A stretch of DNA of 64,000 bases from Octopus sinensis (GCF_006345805.1 NC_043012.1:30070001-30134000); one strand, 5' to 3'; shown: positions 1 through 13,035, counted from the first letter of the stretch. The notes: generated by a model not told the origin, from the sequence alone. Program-made: numbers and translations.

Positions 1-544
1 GGACAAGACAGAGAATACACACAAAAAAATGAAATATTACAATGGAATGGGGAACTGTAATTTCAAGTAGGTACTTGTGACAGTTAACCTACAGTTTTGT
101 GTCGTAAGTGACAATGGTGAAATCCCATAATTATATATTATGTATTTATTGAAAATGTCCCTAGAGGAATTGGTACCAAGGGAATTGGACATTTGCGGTC
201 GGAGAAAGGGGTACAGAAGAAACATGTGACTTGATTGAGATCCCTGATCATACATACAAAATACTTTGACCCATTATAACACAATGGGTTTGATGGTTAG
301 GCTCCTGTATTACTTTGGGCCACATATATCGTTATGAATTTGTGAACTATACACAGACTATTGAAGGCCAGTGGATACTGACCAAGAAGAAACTTAGGGG
401 ACAATGCTGAACGAAAGGTGCTTATTTAGATTGTATCTGTGTGAACATGAAATAGGTTCAGAGACCATGAAAAAGCTAGAAATATGTTCTCTGTATTGTT
501 TCCATGTTGTACAAATATAATTTAAAGGATTTCACTGTCATTTG

Positions 545-720
545 CAGTTTCTATCGCAGTTGAAGTCAATTATATCAACCCAATCCTGGAAGGATAAAAG
601 GCAAAGTCAACCTCAATGGAATTTGAACTTAGAACGTGAAGACAACAAAATGCCGCTAAGCATCTCACCTGGCATGTTAACAATTCTGTTAGCTCGCCAT
701 TTTAGCAAGAGATAAAATGT
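545..720 (-). mobile_element. SINE family B copy (tRNA-like head), decayed
   Basis: Reverse complement matches the well-preserved copy at 27416-27621 (aaggcaaagtcaacct...gaatttgaacttagaac...gctaagcat...attctgttagctcgcc). Confidence 0.7.
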
Positions 721-1066
721 TGGTTTTGAATTTTGGCACAAGGCCAGCAATATCGGGGGAGGGAGGGAGTCGATTATTTTGACCTCAGTGCTCAACTGGT
801 ATTGGGTCATCCTATAAATAATGCTGTTTTTTTCAATGGCATGAACTAAAAGTCAGAGTGGGGTGGGATAAACTACCTGCATCAACTTGTTATAAAAGCA
901 GGTAGTAATTTTATCTTGTCCTTATTCTTATGACAAGTTTTGAAGAATGCAGTTCGATTTTAACGGTTACTTTTACAAAGTTAAAATGGAAGTGACAAAG
1001 GAGCATATTTGGACTATTTTCCTTTCAATAATGGCAACAACGCAATGAGAAATGCAAGGAATATTA

Positions 1067-2092
1067 ATCATTCAACTATAGTAGTAGTTGAATGATATTC
1101 TTAAGGCCACAATTTACTCACATGCAGCATCTTCAGAGCTTTGTCGCTAATTCAGTTCTTAACCAAATTGAAAACTGTTAACATTTTGGAAGGGGACTGG
1201 TCAGTCCAGTAGAAAAAAGTTTTCATCAAAATTTGTAGCAACATTCTAGGAGAGTAAGTAGTGCCTCCAATCAAGTTTAGATCTAAATAACTTTTTTTCT
1301 TTTAAAAGCAAAATATATTTATCTTGGCTTCAATGATAGAAGAAAGCATGAGGAATTTCATAGTTTTGATCCCATGCAACAAAAATTTGTATAAAAAAAG
1401 GTGTGATGTAAAATATCATGAAAAAATATAAGGCAGAAAATTGGATTTAAGTATAATTAACATTTTTTATTTTAAAAGCAAACTATATTTTAATTAAGCG
1501 TAAATGATAGAGCTCAATTCGAGGAATTTCATGATATCAATCTCATACAACGAAGTTTTAAACAAAAAAAGTTATGAGTGTTTGTTTCTCAAATTTGAGG
1601 ATGATGATATAGTTCTACATTTTTTTATGAATATAGTTCTTACAAGGGGACTTTTAATATGTCACCAGAATCGTTGAGGTAAGGAATTAGTTTAATTATG
1701 TCATCTGTATTAATTAATGTAATTATATCATGTGAAAACAGTCTTGTAATATCTGAGAGGAGAAATAGAATTGTAGTCATATACATTGACTAGAATTTCT
1801 CAGTTTTTAACACTTCTCAAAGAATCGTTCAACTACAGTAATAGTTGGATGATATTCTTAAGGCTGCAATTTACTCAACCACAGCATCTTTCAGAGCTTT
1901 GTTGCTAATTCAGTTCTTAACTCAATTGAAAATTGTTAAAATTTTTGAAGAAGGCTGGTCCCTGTAACAGCTCCAGTTAAAAGCAAATTATATTTATCTT
2001 AGCTTGATAGAAAAAAGCATAAGGTAAATCTTAAATTATTAATTGACACATTATTAATTAGCATAAGAGCATAGCCTGGAAAAAACATGGAT
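1067..2092. repeat. AT-rich insert of unknown class with hairpin-capped ~140-bp direct repeats
   Basis: 1067-1203 and 1824-1960 are diverged direct repeats, each starting with an atcattcaacta/tagttgaatgat-type hairpin. Shorter internal repeats (ttaaaagcaaa.tatattt) lie near 1300, 1470 and 1980. Confidence 0.55.
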
Positions 2093-2094
2093 TA

Positions 2095-2954
2095 CATGGA
2101 AAAATGCGAGCAAGAGGAATAATATTCTTAAGATTATAAACCTGGAAAAATTCAGGACAAGTTATTACATCTGGTAAAGTACAGAACAAGAAATTTTTTT
2201 CTTAAAGTATAGCAGCAAAGGATAAAATTTGAATATTAAAAATTATTTGATCTTAATTTACAAGGTAATATTATAATTAAAAAGGTACTATCATTTGTTA
2301 AAATATTAACACACTAGAATACTTAAAAAGTGAGAACCAGAACTACCAATATAGCTAAAGTTTTATGCAAAGTAGAATAGTAAATATGGTAGGCAAATTC
2401 ATTATGTAAAAAATAGGCATTGGGTCAAGACTAAAAATGTGAAGACTTGGTAATAACTTAGGCAATAACTCAAGCAAATTTGAGTTATTGCCAAGTCTTC
2501 ACATTACTGTGAATTTGTTATTATAGATAGATTCTACTGTAATATATAACTAATTTTTGTATTATTCTATTTATTGCACTAACTAATTATGTACTACTAT
2601 TATTTTTATAACCTATTTTCAAATTTCTAATTATTAATTAATAATTAGAAAAATGATTTTTTTTTTGAAGTGCAAAAAATATTTTGAGTTATTTTTTAAA
2701 TTTTTAATAGAAGTAACAAGTAATAACAAATAGAACTAATAACATGTAATAAAACTTTTAGCTTTAATAAAAGCTGATATTTTCTTTGAAACTTTATCTT
2801 TTAGCTGCAATATTTTAAGTAAAAATTTTCTTGTTCTGTACTTTACCAGATTTAATAACTTGTCCTGAATTTTTCCATGTGTAATAACTTGTCTTGTACT
2901 TTTAAAGGTTTACAATCTCAAGAATATTATTTCTCTTGATTGCATATTTCCATG
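2095..2954. mobile_element. Non-autonomous TA-flanked DNA element (MITE/foldback) with ~140-bp TIRs and a central hairpin
   Basis: TA-CATGGAAAAATGC...aagttattacatctggtaaagtacagaacaagaaa is mirrored by tttcttgttctgtactttaccagatttaataactt...gcatatttCCATG-TA. Central hairpin at 2436-2505. Confidence 0.75.
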
Positions 2955-5036
2955 TAATGCAGTAAGTGGGGATTGGACAATAAGCATAAGCTAGTGTCAA
3001 TGGTGGTTCCAGAAATTTTGAGGTGGAAACTACAGCCTAGAAGATGAGCCTCATCCTGGAAGATCTTTAGAACTTGAGGGCATCCTGCAAACCCTGCTGG
3101 AACAAAATCCTGTTGTAACTTGAAGAACTAGCAGAGAAACTTGGATTTGGTCATTCAGCCATTCATCGACACCTGTGTGATATTGAAAAAGTCAGCAAAT
3201 TGGGTCAATGTGTTCCTCGCAAACTTTCTGAGTCTAATCATGCACAGAGAGTGAATGCGTGCTCTTTTTTACCATCATATCTCACAAATGAACCTTTTTT
3301 TGGACTGAATAATGACTGGTGATGAGAAATGTCTTCTTTATAAAAATGTCAAGTGCCGAAGACAGAGGGTAGGGAAAGAAGAAGCACTGGCACCCCAGGC
3401 TAAAGAAGGTCTTCACCTATGTAAGGTGTTGTCGTCTGTTTGTTATGATATGAAAGGTTTAGTCCACTTTGAATTTTTAAACTCAAGCCAAATGATAACA
3501 AAGGAGATCTACTGCGAGTAGCTTGAGTGCCTCAAGTTAGCGCTAGAAGAAAAACGACCATCTCTGGTTTCAAGACAAAAGGTGTTCTACCATCAGGATA
3601 ATGCTCAGCCACATACAGCAAGTACAACATTCCAAAGGCTGGATCAGTTTGAATGGGAAACGATGCCCCACCCACCATATTCTCCAGACATTGCCCCATT
3701 TGATTATCATTTATTCAGCAGTCTTCAAAATCATTTGGACGGAAAAAATATGAAATCTATAGACAAGGTCAGAACAGTACTGGAGGAGTATTTTTCATTC
3801 CAAAGTGAATTTTGGAAGAGGGGCTTTGCATGTCTACCAGATAGATGGAAGAACATTGTAGAAAATGAAGGAGAGAATATTTTAGATTTTAAAAAAAAAC
3901 TTTGTTTATCTTAATTTTGAAAAATAGAAAAAGTATTAAAAAAACCACACTATTTATGGGATGACCCAATACATATTTTATGGACCTCTCTGGGATGAAA
4001 GGCAAAGTCAACCCCTGTGGAATTTGAAAGGAGAGATAAAAATATTAAAAACCATTTCCAAAAAATGCAATTTATTTCTGATGGCCTACAAACCAACCTT
4101 GTATTCTTATTAAACCTCCAGGTTACTGTGTCCAGCTGAACGGACTAAGACCCTGTGAATTTTATACTTTCAATATGTTAATATTTGAGATAATGTTGGG
4201 TGTCTGCCTTTACAGAAGAAATATCATAAGATGATCTTCATGGAAATGTTTGTTCTGACCCCTCATTCTTGCTAAATTCCAGCAATACTGGAGTTGCCTA
4301 ATAAACATTTTCAGAAGGATATATAAGCACTTTATCTGTAGTTGTGTGTAATTCAGATAGAATGTTTTGTTTTTCTCATTACTTTTAATTATTGCCCATT
4401 TATTCTTTTGTTAATTGAATTGAATAAATATTTATCATTAAAAAATAATAGGATATTTTATTTCATCGAAGCAACCAAAGTTAACAGCAAAATTATTCAG
4501 TTTGCTTTTTTCCCCTCACCTTTTAAGGTTTCGTTAATAATTTATTCTTCTTTTTGCTTTTGTAGTGTTATGACAATTTTTCTTTATACAGACTTTTAAA
4601 TCAAATTTAATAAATATCTGATACGGATTGAAAATTAAACTCAATCTCATCTGAAATCAAACCGAGTGGTTTCTGAGACTTCGTTAGTGTCCCAGCTCCG
4701 AGTAGATGCTATGAATTGGTGCTATGTCCAATACAAACTAGACAATCACTGCAGACTTTAAACACCTAAATAAGCTTAGTTTAGGGTGATGTATAACCCT
4801 TGTACTGGCCATGAACCCATGTTAATGCCATGGGGGCTGTGAAGTGTTTCAAAATCTTTCGAGGGAAAAACCACAGCTTTCCCCTGGGGTGATAAATAAT
4901 TGAGGAACAGTTGTGGGTTTTCGTTTTGAATTTTATTTATTGATTTCTCTTTCCCCTCTATCTCCGACTCTCACCATGTTATTCTTGTGTATTTTTATCA
5001 ACTTTGTTCCTTTTCCTCGAATTATTGTAAACTACA

Positions 5037-5530
5037 TTCATCATCATCATCATCATCGTTTAACGTCCGTTTTCCATGCTAGCATGGGTTGGACAGTTTG
5101 ACTGGGGTCTGGGAAGCCAGGAGGCTGCACCAGGTTCCAGTCTGATTTGGCAGTGTTTCTACAGCTGGATGCCCTTCCTAACGCCAACCACTCAGTGAGT
5201 GTAGTGGGTGCTTTTTACGTGCCACTGGCACAGGTGCCAGGTGAGGCTAGCAACGGCCACGATTGGTTGGTTCTTTTTATGTTCCACTGGCACAGAAGCC
5301 AGTCAAGGCGGCACCGGCATCGGCCACATTCGTATGGTGCTTTTTACGTGCCACCAGCACAGGGATCACAACTACAATTTCCATTGATTTTTGATGTTGA
5401 TGTACTTGACTCAATAGGTCTCCTCAAGCACAGGGTCGAAACGGTGTTTCTTTACTTGCCACCTGCACAGGAATCAGTCCAGCGGCACTGGCAATGGCCG
5501 GGTGCCAGTCATAGGATTTGGTTCAATTTT
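5037..5530 (-). mobile_element. Family C element (RTE-type 3' tail ending in (GAT)n), young copy
   Basis: (cat)n-cgtttaacgtccgttttccatgctagcatgggttgg...ggatgcccttcctaacgccaaccac is the reverse complement of the 3' UTR of the RTE fragment at 49934-50995. Carries internal ggtgcttttttacgtgccac repeats. Confidence 0.75.
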
Positions 5531-6951
5531 GATTTTACTTGCCTTCAAATAAAATGTGACATTTTTTCCTCACCAGAAATACAAAAATCAAACCTTTTTT
5601 GGAAGAATTTAAAATAATGAAACTGTAGTACCAACATTTTTTCATGTTGATATAAAGTTATATTGAGAAGATAAAATCGACTCCAATATTTGACTAGCGC
5701 TGACCTCAATGCGATTTGAACTCAGAATGTAAAGGACACTAACAAAGCAGCATAAAGCATTTTCTCCAAATTCAGGAATAAGAGTCACAGGAAAACTCTA
5801 CAAAAGGACTTAACTTTTGTTGTTTTGTTTTGTTATTGCTTTTAAAATATTCAACAAAACATGTTTATTTTCCCCCACATACTTGAAATGCCGTTATACA
5901 AATTGTATTGTCAATTAATAAATAACTTTCAATTTTAACTGTTTAATTACTGCAACAATTATTTAGGATATTTAAATACAATGTGACACTTTTACCTTCG
6001 AATTTTTTTTCCATGACAAAATTGTGACTTTTTCTTCTGTGAATGGATTAAGTGGAGGAGGAATTTTTTTCTCCATTTCCATTTAGTCCAACGTTTTAAC
6101 AATTCTGTCACTTCCGTCTCTTAATCAGTTGAACTTCTCTAAAACTTTTGCGATGGTTCCATGATAGGCCTTATGTGGTCAACCCACTTTGGAGAATCAT
6201 TTAGATGTATTATTCATGTCACACAACAACAGGACGAAACCTTTCAAGGTAGTTCAACCTACAAAAAATAGCAGCTAACTTTCTCACTACTTTGAAAAAA
6301 AAAAACAGGCATAACACAGACACACACACATGCATGCGTGTTCGCACACAAACACATATATGCGTGTGTCTGACGTGTTGCTCATTGTACAACATTGATT
6401 TGATGGAGGGAGTGAATTAATGGACAGCACAAACTTTTGATCCCTACAAAACAAATCATTTGTGCAACTTTGTTTTAGCAAGAAATTGCTGAACGATCTT
6501 TCTGGAACTACCATTATATATCATCAACATTTAACATCTATTTTCCATGCTGGCATGGGTTGGACAGGCCTGGCTGTATGGTAAGAATTTTGCTTCCCAA
6601 TCAAGTATCTCTGCATGATATCTTTGGTGAGTGTCTTCTACTGTAGCCTCAGGTCAACCAAAGCCTTGCTAGTGGATTTGGTGGACGGAAATTGAAAGAA
6701 GCCTGTTGCATATGCGTGTGTGCTTGTGTCTTTTTGTCTTGACATCACAAGATAATTGTAGATGTTAAATGATGATGATGATGATGTCACTATCATACAT
6801 TGTCATTCTGTGAGAATACATTGCTTGGAAACAGCTGAGGGTTGGCAACAGGAAGGGCATCCAGCTGTTGAAAATCTGCCTCAAGTAAACTCCATTCAAC
6901 TCATGCGAACATGAAAAGTGGACATTCAATGATGATGATGATGTTGATGCA

Positions 6952-7246
6952 CAGTAGTGGACTGGCCAGGTTGCCAGCTTGCCCGATGGCAAGTGGGCCC
7001 TTGTGCCATTAGAATCCATATATGGGGGCCCATGTTAGTATCTAAGGGGCCCATCCCCTCATGTTTGAGTATTTTTTATTCACTCCTGGAAGAATGCATT
7101 AATTATTTCAGCCTGGCTGTGTTTCTAGACAGTTGAAAAGAATACTTTTGACAAAAAAAAAAAATAAATAAATGCTAGCATTGTAGTTGCGGGTGGGCCC
7201 CCTTAGTCTTTTGGCAACCAATATTTTTAGACCCAGTCCGACACTG
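6952..7246. mobile_element. hAT-like MITE
   Basis: TIRs CAGTAGTGGACTGG and CCCAGTCCGACACTG. The flanking 8-mers ttgatgca and atgatgta match at 6/8 positions, consistent with a decayed 8-bp TSD. Confidence 0.6.
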
Positions 7247-7857
7247 ATGATGTATACCAAATGTGTTGTGGGGGTGGAGACTACATTGGATAAACGGGTT
7301 TAACTGTGAGGCACAGAATGATGGAACATAGGCCACAAATTCATGACCTCCATGACCAAGAAAATACCCATGAGTAAACATCTGGATCTGTGCCCTACAA
7401 ACATCCCAAATACCAAATTTTCTGGCTATATCAATGCATTAGAAACAGTTCAGCTCAATTCAGATTAAATAAGGAAAATGTGTTTATTAAGAAATACAAA
7501 CTTCAACATTGTTTTAGCAAGAAATTGCTGAACACACGAAGATGAGAAACACAGTTTATTCAACCCAACTAAAAGTGACTCAAAGCAACAAAAATAAATC
7601 AAAAACTGAAGTAACGGGCTCCTGCTGGGATTTGAAACCCTACCTTCAAACTACTGTATGATTACACCTTGTGCACTTCTCAACACTATTTGCTGATATC
7701 ACTTTAGGATTAACACATTAAATTTTGTTTCTGATGAAAACTGCACCCCACCAACCAGAAAAAATAAACATTCAGTAGACTGAGATGTCTTAAGGGAATC
7801 AGCCAACTGGACAACTGGCAAAAACAAGTGACCAAGACAATTGATAAACAAATGACA

Positions 7858-8484
7858 TAAGCAGAAAATCAATTGACCAGAACACTGGACCACAAGTGAT
7901 CAAAACAGTTGATAAATAGATGAATTCATCAAGAAACCAACCAACCAACCAACCGGAATACTGGACTTCAGTCAAACTGACCAGAGCATCTGGAAAACAA
8001 CATATTGAACAGTCAGTCAACCAGAACTAGGCCACATATTGATGAAAACAAGTGATGTCATTGAGTTTAAGCAGAAAATCAATCGACCAGAACACTGGAC
8101 CACAAGTGATCAAAACAGTTGATAAATAGATGAATTCATCAAGAAACCAACCAACCAACCAACCGGAATACTGGACTTCAGTCAAACTGACCAGAGCATC
8201 TGGAAAACAACATATTGAACAGTCAGTCAACCAGAACTAGGCCACATATTGATGAAAACAAGTGATGTCATTGAGTTTAAGCAGAAAATCAATCGACCAG
8301 AACACTGGACCACAAGTGATCAAAACAGTTGATAAATAGATGAATTCATCAAGAAACCAACCAACCAACTGGAATACTGGACTTCAGTCAAACTGACCAG
8401 AGCATCTGGAAAACAACATATTGAACAGTCAGTCAACCAGAACTAGGCCACATATTGATGAAAACAAGTGATGTCATTGAGTTT
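7858..8484. repeat. Tandem repeat, 210-bp unit x3
   Basis: gcagaaaatcaa starts at 7861, 8071 and 8281. Copies are nearly identical; copy 3 lacks one aacc. Stop codons occur in the plus-strand frames. Confidence 0.95.
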
Positions 8485-9289
8485 TTAACCAATCAGGACT
8501 TGAACCTATATCTTAAAAACCTATATATACAAAGCAATTTCAGTTTAAAACAGTTGAAGTTCCCATCAGCTAAACAAATAACAGAGATTTCTCCTTCATG
8601 TATTAAAATAGATGATGTAAAAAAAATCCTTTTTTCCAATCTTTTTTTTTCTTACTTTTAAAAACTTCATGTTTAACTGTTTATATAATTTACTGCTTTG
8701 GAACCCACCAAACTATCAATCATGTATTATTGCAAGGAAATTCATCAAACATTTGGAGTTTTATTATTGTAAGGTGATGAGCTGGCAGAATCTTTTGCAT
8801 TCTGGACAGAATCTTTAGTGGCACTCTGTTTGTCTTTACATTCTGAGTTGAGTTCAAATGTTTCTGCTAAGACTGACTTTGCCTCTCATCATTTTGGGAT
8901 CAATAAGATAAACCCCCACCCCACCACCTCCTTTCCCAACTGCTGCCCTTATGCAAAAATTTGAAACTTTTATTTTCCATTGTGAAATTTATTGAAAACT
9001 GGAATTTCTATCATCATTTTGATTTTCTTTAAACATGTTTCAGCAAGTTTTCTTTTGTACCTTCACTTTCTTTTCAACTTTTTTATCTGTATCTTTGAAA
9101 AACAAAAACATTGTTGAAACTGGTATGGTGTTTGAATAGATTGGAATCTATTTTAAGACTCAGGTTCATTTTTAATTCCCCCAAACCATCTCTTCCATAT
9201 TCTTTCCTGCATGGAAGACATGGGACGAACACTGAAGAATGTCCTCATGACGGTGAACCTTTCAGGCAAGATAAACAAAGGACTGAGAT

Positions 9290-9645
9290 GCCTGGCATCT
9301 TGCTGTACACAAGAAGAGCCATACTCTGCTGTAGAAGTGGTAAGACCAGTCCCTTTGGTGGTATAAAGCACTTGCGACGGTGCCATGTAAACCACCTTTG
9401 TAGTGTCACATAAGAGTGCCTACGCAGTGCCCTGTAAAAGCGCCAGTGCAGTGCTACATAAAAGCATCCAGCTCAGTCTGTAAAGTGGTTGGCATTAGAA
9501 AGGGAATCCAGCCAAAGAAACCATGCCAAATCAAGCTGGACTCTGGTACAGCTCCCTCCAGCTTGACAGACTTGGTCAAATCATTCAGCCGATGCCAGCA
9601 ATGGACAACGGATGTTAAATGATGATGATGAGGATGATGATGAAT
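9290..9645 (+). mobile_element. Family C element (RTE-type tail)
   Basis: Internal gtgccatgtaaa..cacc repeats are followed by gtggttggcattagaaaggg...gccagcatggacaacggatgttaaa(tga)n. Confidence 0.65.
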
Positions 9646-9669
9646 CGACCCTGGTACTTATTTTTCTCT

Positions 9670-9910
9670 TTTTGTTAAACCTAGTACTTATTCTATCAGT
9701 CTCTTTTGCTGAACTGCTAAGTTATGGAGATGTAAACACACCAATACCAGTTGTCAAGTAGTTTTGGTGGACAAATACAGAGACAAAGACACACACACAT
9801 GTGTGTGTATATATATACATAGGTGCAAACCCATGGTCAGTGCCTGACCGAAGGGGGTCTTTACCCTTTTATACATACATATATATAGATACCTCTCTCT
9901 CTCTCTCTCT

Positions 9911-9968
<58 letters not shown>

Positions 9969-10135
9969 ATATATATGACAGGTTTCTTTCAGTTTCCATC
10001 TACCAAATCTACTCATAAGGCTTTGGTTAGCCTGAGTCTATGGTAGAAGACATTTGCCCAAGGTGCCACACAGTGGGACTGAACCTGCAACCATGTGGTT
10101 GTGGAACAAATTTCTTACCACACAGCCATGTTTGT
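9670..10135 (-). mobile_element. SINE family A (tRNA-like head, CORE-like motif, central microsatellite, tail 1)
   Basis: Reverse match to the full copy at 63323-63728, with central (CA)/(CT)/(TA) arrays. Confidence 0.75.
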
Positions 10136-10919
10136 ATCTGATGTATATTAATATATCTTTTATCTTTTGGCTGTTTCAGTCATTGGGCTGTGGTCATGCC
10201 GGAGCACCACCTTGAAAAGTTTCGTTGAACAATCAAACCCAGGACTTATTTTAATGTCTGGTACTTATCCTGACAGTTACTTTAAACAAACTAGTAAGCT
10301 ATGGAGATGTAAATGAACCAACGCCGGCTGACAAGCACTGGAAACAAACACACACACACACACACATATATATGTACACGCATATATTTATGCGTGTGTG
10401 TGTGTAAGTTGAATGATGAAAGCACAAAATACGACGATGAGAAAACTTCTATTTGCCCAAAGAATGGTGACATTCTGTTTGCCCAATAATTTGTTTAAAC
10501 AGTTAGTAACTTTTAAACGAGTCTTTCTTTCAGTATTGTGATTGTATCAAGATACGGGTGTTAAGGTTGCAAGCTGGGAAAAATGCTGCTCTTTACGTTC
10601 TGAGTTCAAATTCCACTGAGGTTGACTTTGCCTTTTATCCTTTCATGACTGATAAAATAAGTACCAGTTGAGTACTGGGGTCAGTGTGATTGTCTTACCC
10701 CCACACCCTCAGAAATGCTAGCCTTATGCCAAAATTTGAAACCAATATGTGTGTGTGCGTATGCATATATGATGAGCTTCCCCACAGTTTCCATTTACCA
10801 AATTCACTCACAAGGCATTACTCAGCCCAACACTATGGTAGAAGACACTTGCCCAAGGTGTCACGCAGTGGGGCTGAACCTAAAACTACATGGCCATAAA
10901 ACCATCTTTTCTACTTTTT

Positions 10920-11138
10920 TTACTCTTTTACTTGTTTCAGTCACTTAACTGCGGCCATGCTGGAGCACCACATTTTAGTCAAACAAATCAACCCCAGGAC
11001 TTATTCTTTGTAAGCCTAGTACTTATTTTATCAGTTCTTTTGCCGAACCACTAAGTTACGGGGACATAAACATAACATCGGTTGTCAAGCAATGGTGGTG
11101 GTGGGGAATAAACACAGACACACGAACATATATATATA

Positions 11139-11186
<48 letters not shown>

Positions 11187-11335
11187 TACGACGGGCTTCT
11201 TTCAGTTTCCATCTACCAAATCCACTCACAAGGCTTTGGTCGGTTGGAGGCTATAGTAGAAGACACTTGCCCAAGGTGCCATGCAGTGGGACTGAACCTG
11301 GAAAAATGTGGTTGGGAAGCAAGCTTCTTTCCACA
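10920..11335 (-). mobile_element. SINE family A, near full length
   Basis: tttacttgtttcagtc...gccgaaccactaagttacggggac...(TA)n...gacgggcttctttcagtttcc...ttgcccaaggtgccatgcagtgggactgaacc. Confidence 0.8.
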
Positions 11336-12070
11336 GAGAAAAAAGATTTTTTAGAAAAATTACTTGGGAATTGCCAGTCAAACGACTGGAGACTTTGGAA
11401 GTATATTTCTAGTATCAGAGGTACTACCAGGAAATATAGCTTACGTAGAATAATTGTAATTCAACTTTTATCAACTTTCTGGGTACATTTCAAAAGAAAA
11501 ATATTTATTACCTTAAAAATAAAATAAAATAAATCTCTCATTTGTATAACTTCTCCTCCTTTACCTCTTCCTTCTCTGTATGCTTTCTTCTTTCTTACTG
11601 CGTGTTTGAGTGTAGGATTCTTTTACTCATTGCCTGCCACCAAGCCTAGTATGTGCACTCATCCTGCACCTTTTATTTGCATTACACTTTTACACTGTGT
11701 CTGTCTGTATGTCTCTTTCTCTCTGTCTCCTTCTATTTTCTCTCTATATGATATAAAGCATAACTAAAGAAACCAACCAACCAAACAAACATTTATATCA
11801 GCCATTATATTAAGAGTGTTTTCTCATTATTTTTATCTTTTGCATTCTTTTCACTTTTTTTCTCTCTCTAAATAATTTATTAAAGTCAATAAAATTCATG
11901 TTTTTACTCACAAAACCTAATGCCTGTGATATTTTTCTCTCAGAAAAAAAATGTTTTTGACAAAATTTTCCCCTGAAATTCTACTTGAAACCCTTCTTTG
12001 CAAAATTTTCTCCCTAAATTTCATCTGCCTATTCATGACAAACAAGGGTCGTTTGTATATCCACAGTTCC

Positions 12071-12297
12071 TTAACCCTTTCATAGCTATATTTCTGTTGA
12101 AATACATAAACCTTTGTTTCAATTCATTTTCAAAATAAAGAAGAATTTCACAAAATGGTTTAATCATTACGTTGCTTGAGGCATTGGATGAAAATGACAT
12201 TTTCATGGAAGGTTTTAACTCTGATCAATTTAAAGTAGGAAGTTTATATCATAGAAGCAAGAGTGATCTCCGATAGGTTGGCATCATGAAGGGTAAA
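12071..12297. mobile_element. TTAA-flanked (piggyBac-type) MITE, ~225 bp
   Basis: ttaaCCCTTTCAT ... ATGAAGGGtaaa. The interior resembles the copy at 57893-58117. Confidence 0.65.
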
Positions 12298-12324
12298 TGC
12301 TCTCATTCCATCTAAAACATACTC

Positions 12325-13035
12325 CACTATCATCATGCGTCCGTTTTCCATGCTGGCATGGAATGGATGGTTTGAAAGAAGCTGACCAGCATGAAGGGCT
12401 GTTCTGGCTCCATGTTTGGTTTGGCATGGTTTCTACAACTGGACGCCCTTCCTAAAGCCAACCACTTTACACAGTGTAATGGATGCTTTTACATAGGACT
12501 GGCATAAGGGATTTTTATATGACACCAGTACCTATGAGCCCACAAGATTAAGGATGATTAGCTGGAGAGGGTTGCAGGGGATAAGCCTGTATGCAAGGAC
12601 AACCACACTTTTACTTAGCTTGATATGTCTTTTCAAGCTGGGGACTTTGTCCCTTGTCATCCCCTCAGAAAGTGCCAATGTCTGTAGATCCTTTCTCACC
12701 AGTTCGTTCCATGTCTTCCACTTGTTTCCTCTACAATTAGAGACTGGCACCTCTTAATACAACTGTCCTCATTTATATGCATCACATGACCATACCAGTG
12801 CAACACACACACAGCAGGCTTCTCTCAGTTTCCTTCTACAATTAGAGATCGGCACCTCTTGATACAACTGTCCTCATTCATATGCATTCCATGACCATAC
12901 CATTGCAACACACACACAAGAAGCTTCTCTCAGTCTCCTTCTACAATTAGAGATCGGCACCTCTCAATGCAAGTGTCCTCATCCATTTGCATCATATCAC
13001 CATACCAGTGCAGTCTTTTCTCTTGCACACAACAT
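12325..13035 (-). mobile_element. RTE-type LINE 3' fragment with an internal 105-bp triplication
   Basis: The minus strand encodes IRCCVQEKRLHWYGDMMQMDEDTCIERCRSLIVEG and KTWNELVRKDLQTL, followed by a family C tail. ctacaattagaga recurs at 12731, 12836 and 12941. Confidence 0.8.

Larger units (their letters stand above)
986..3914 (+). pseudogene. Mariner transposase pseudogene (segments 986-1066 and 2957-3914)
   Basis: Starts MEVTKEHIWTI...ARNI, then resumes NAVSGDWTISIS*CQWWFQKF. Contains CVPRKL (WVPHEL-like), TGDEK, HQDNAQPH and YSPDIAPFDY; 34 residues lie between the second and third Asp. In-frame stops and frameshifts are present. Confidence 0.92.
802..3969 (+). mobile_element. Mariner (DD34D) DNA transposon with both TIRs and TA target-site duplication, interrupted by a 1.9-kb insert
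   Basis: Left TIR ttgggtcatcctataaataatgctgtttt (from 802). Right TIR reads ttgggtcatcccataaatagtgtggtttt on the minus strand (ends 3969). TA at 800-801 and 3970-3971. Confidence 0.9.
727..4030 (-). mobile_element. SINE family B copy split by the mariner insertion (parts 727-801 and 3972-4030)
   Basis: Left part ends ...ctcaactggTA. Right part resumes TAcatattttatggacc...ggatgaaaggcaaagtcaacc...gaatttgaa, restoring the contiguous family B sequence seen at 13780-13975. Confidence 0.75.

Noticed and set aside
7858-8484. CRISPR array or coding repeat
   Set aside because: The context is eukaryotic, whole units are identical with no unique spacers, and the frames contain stops.
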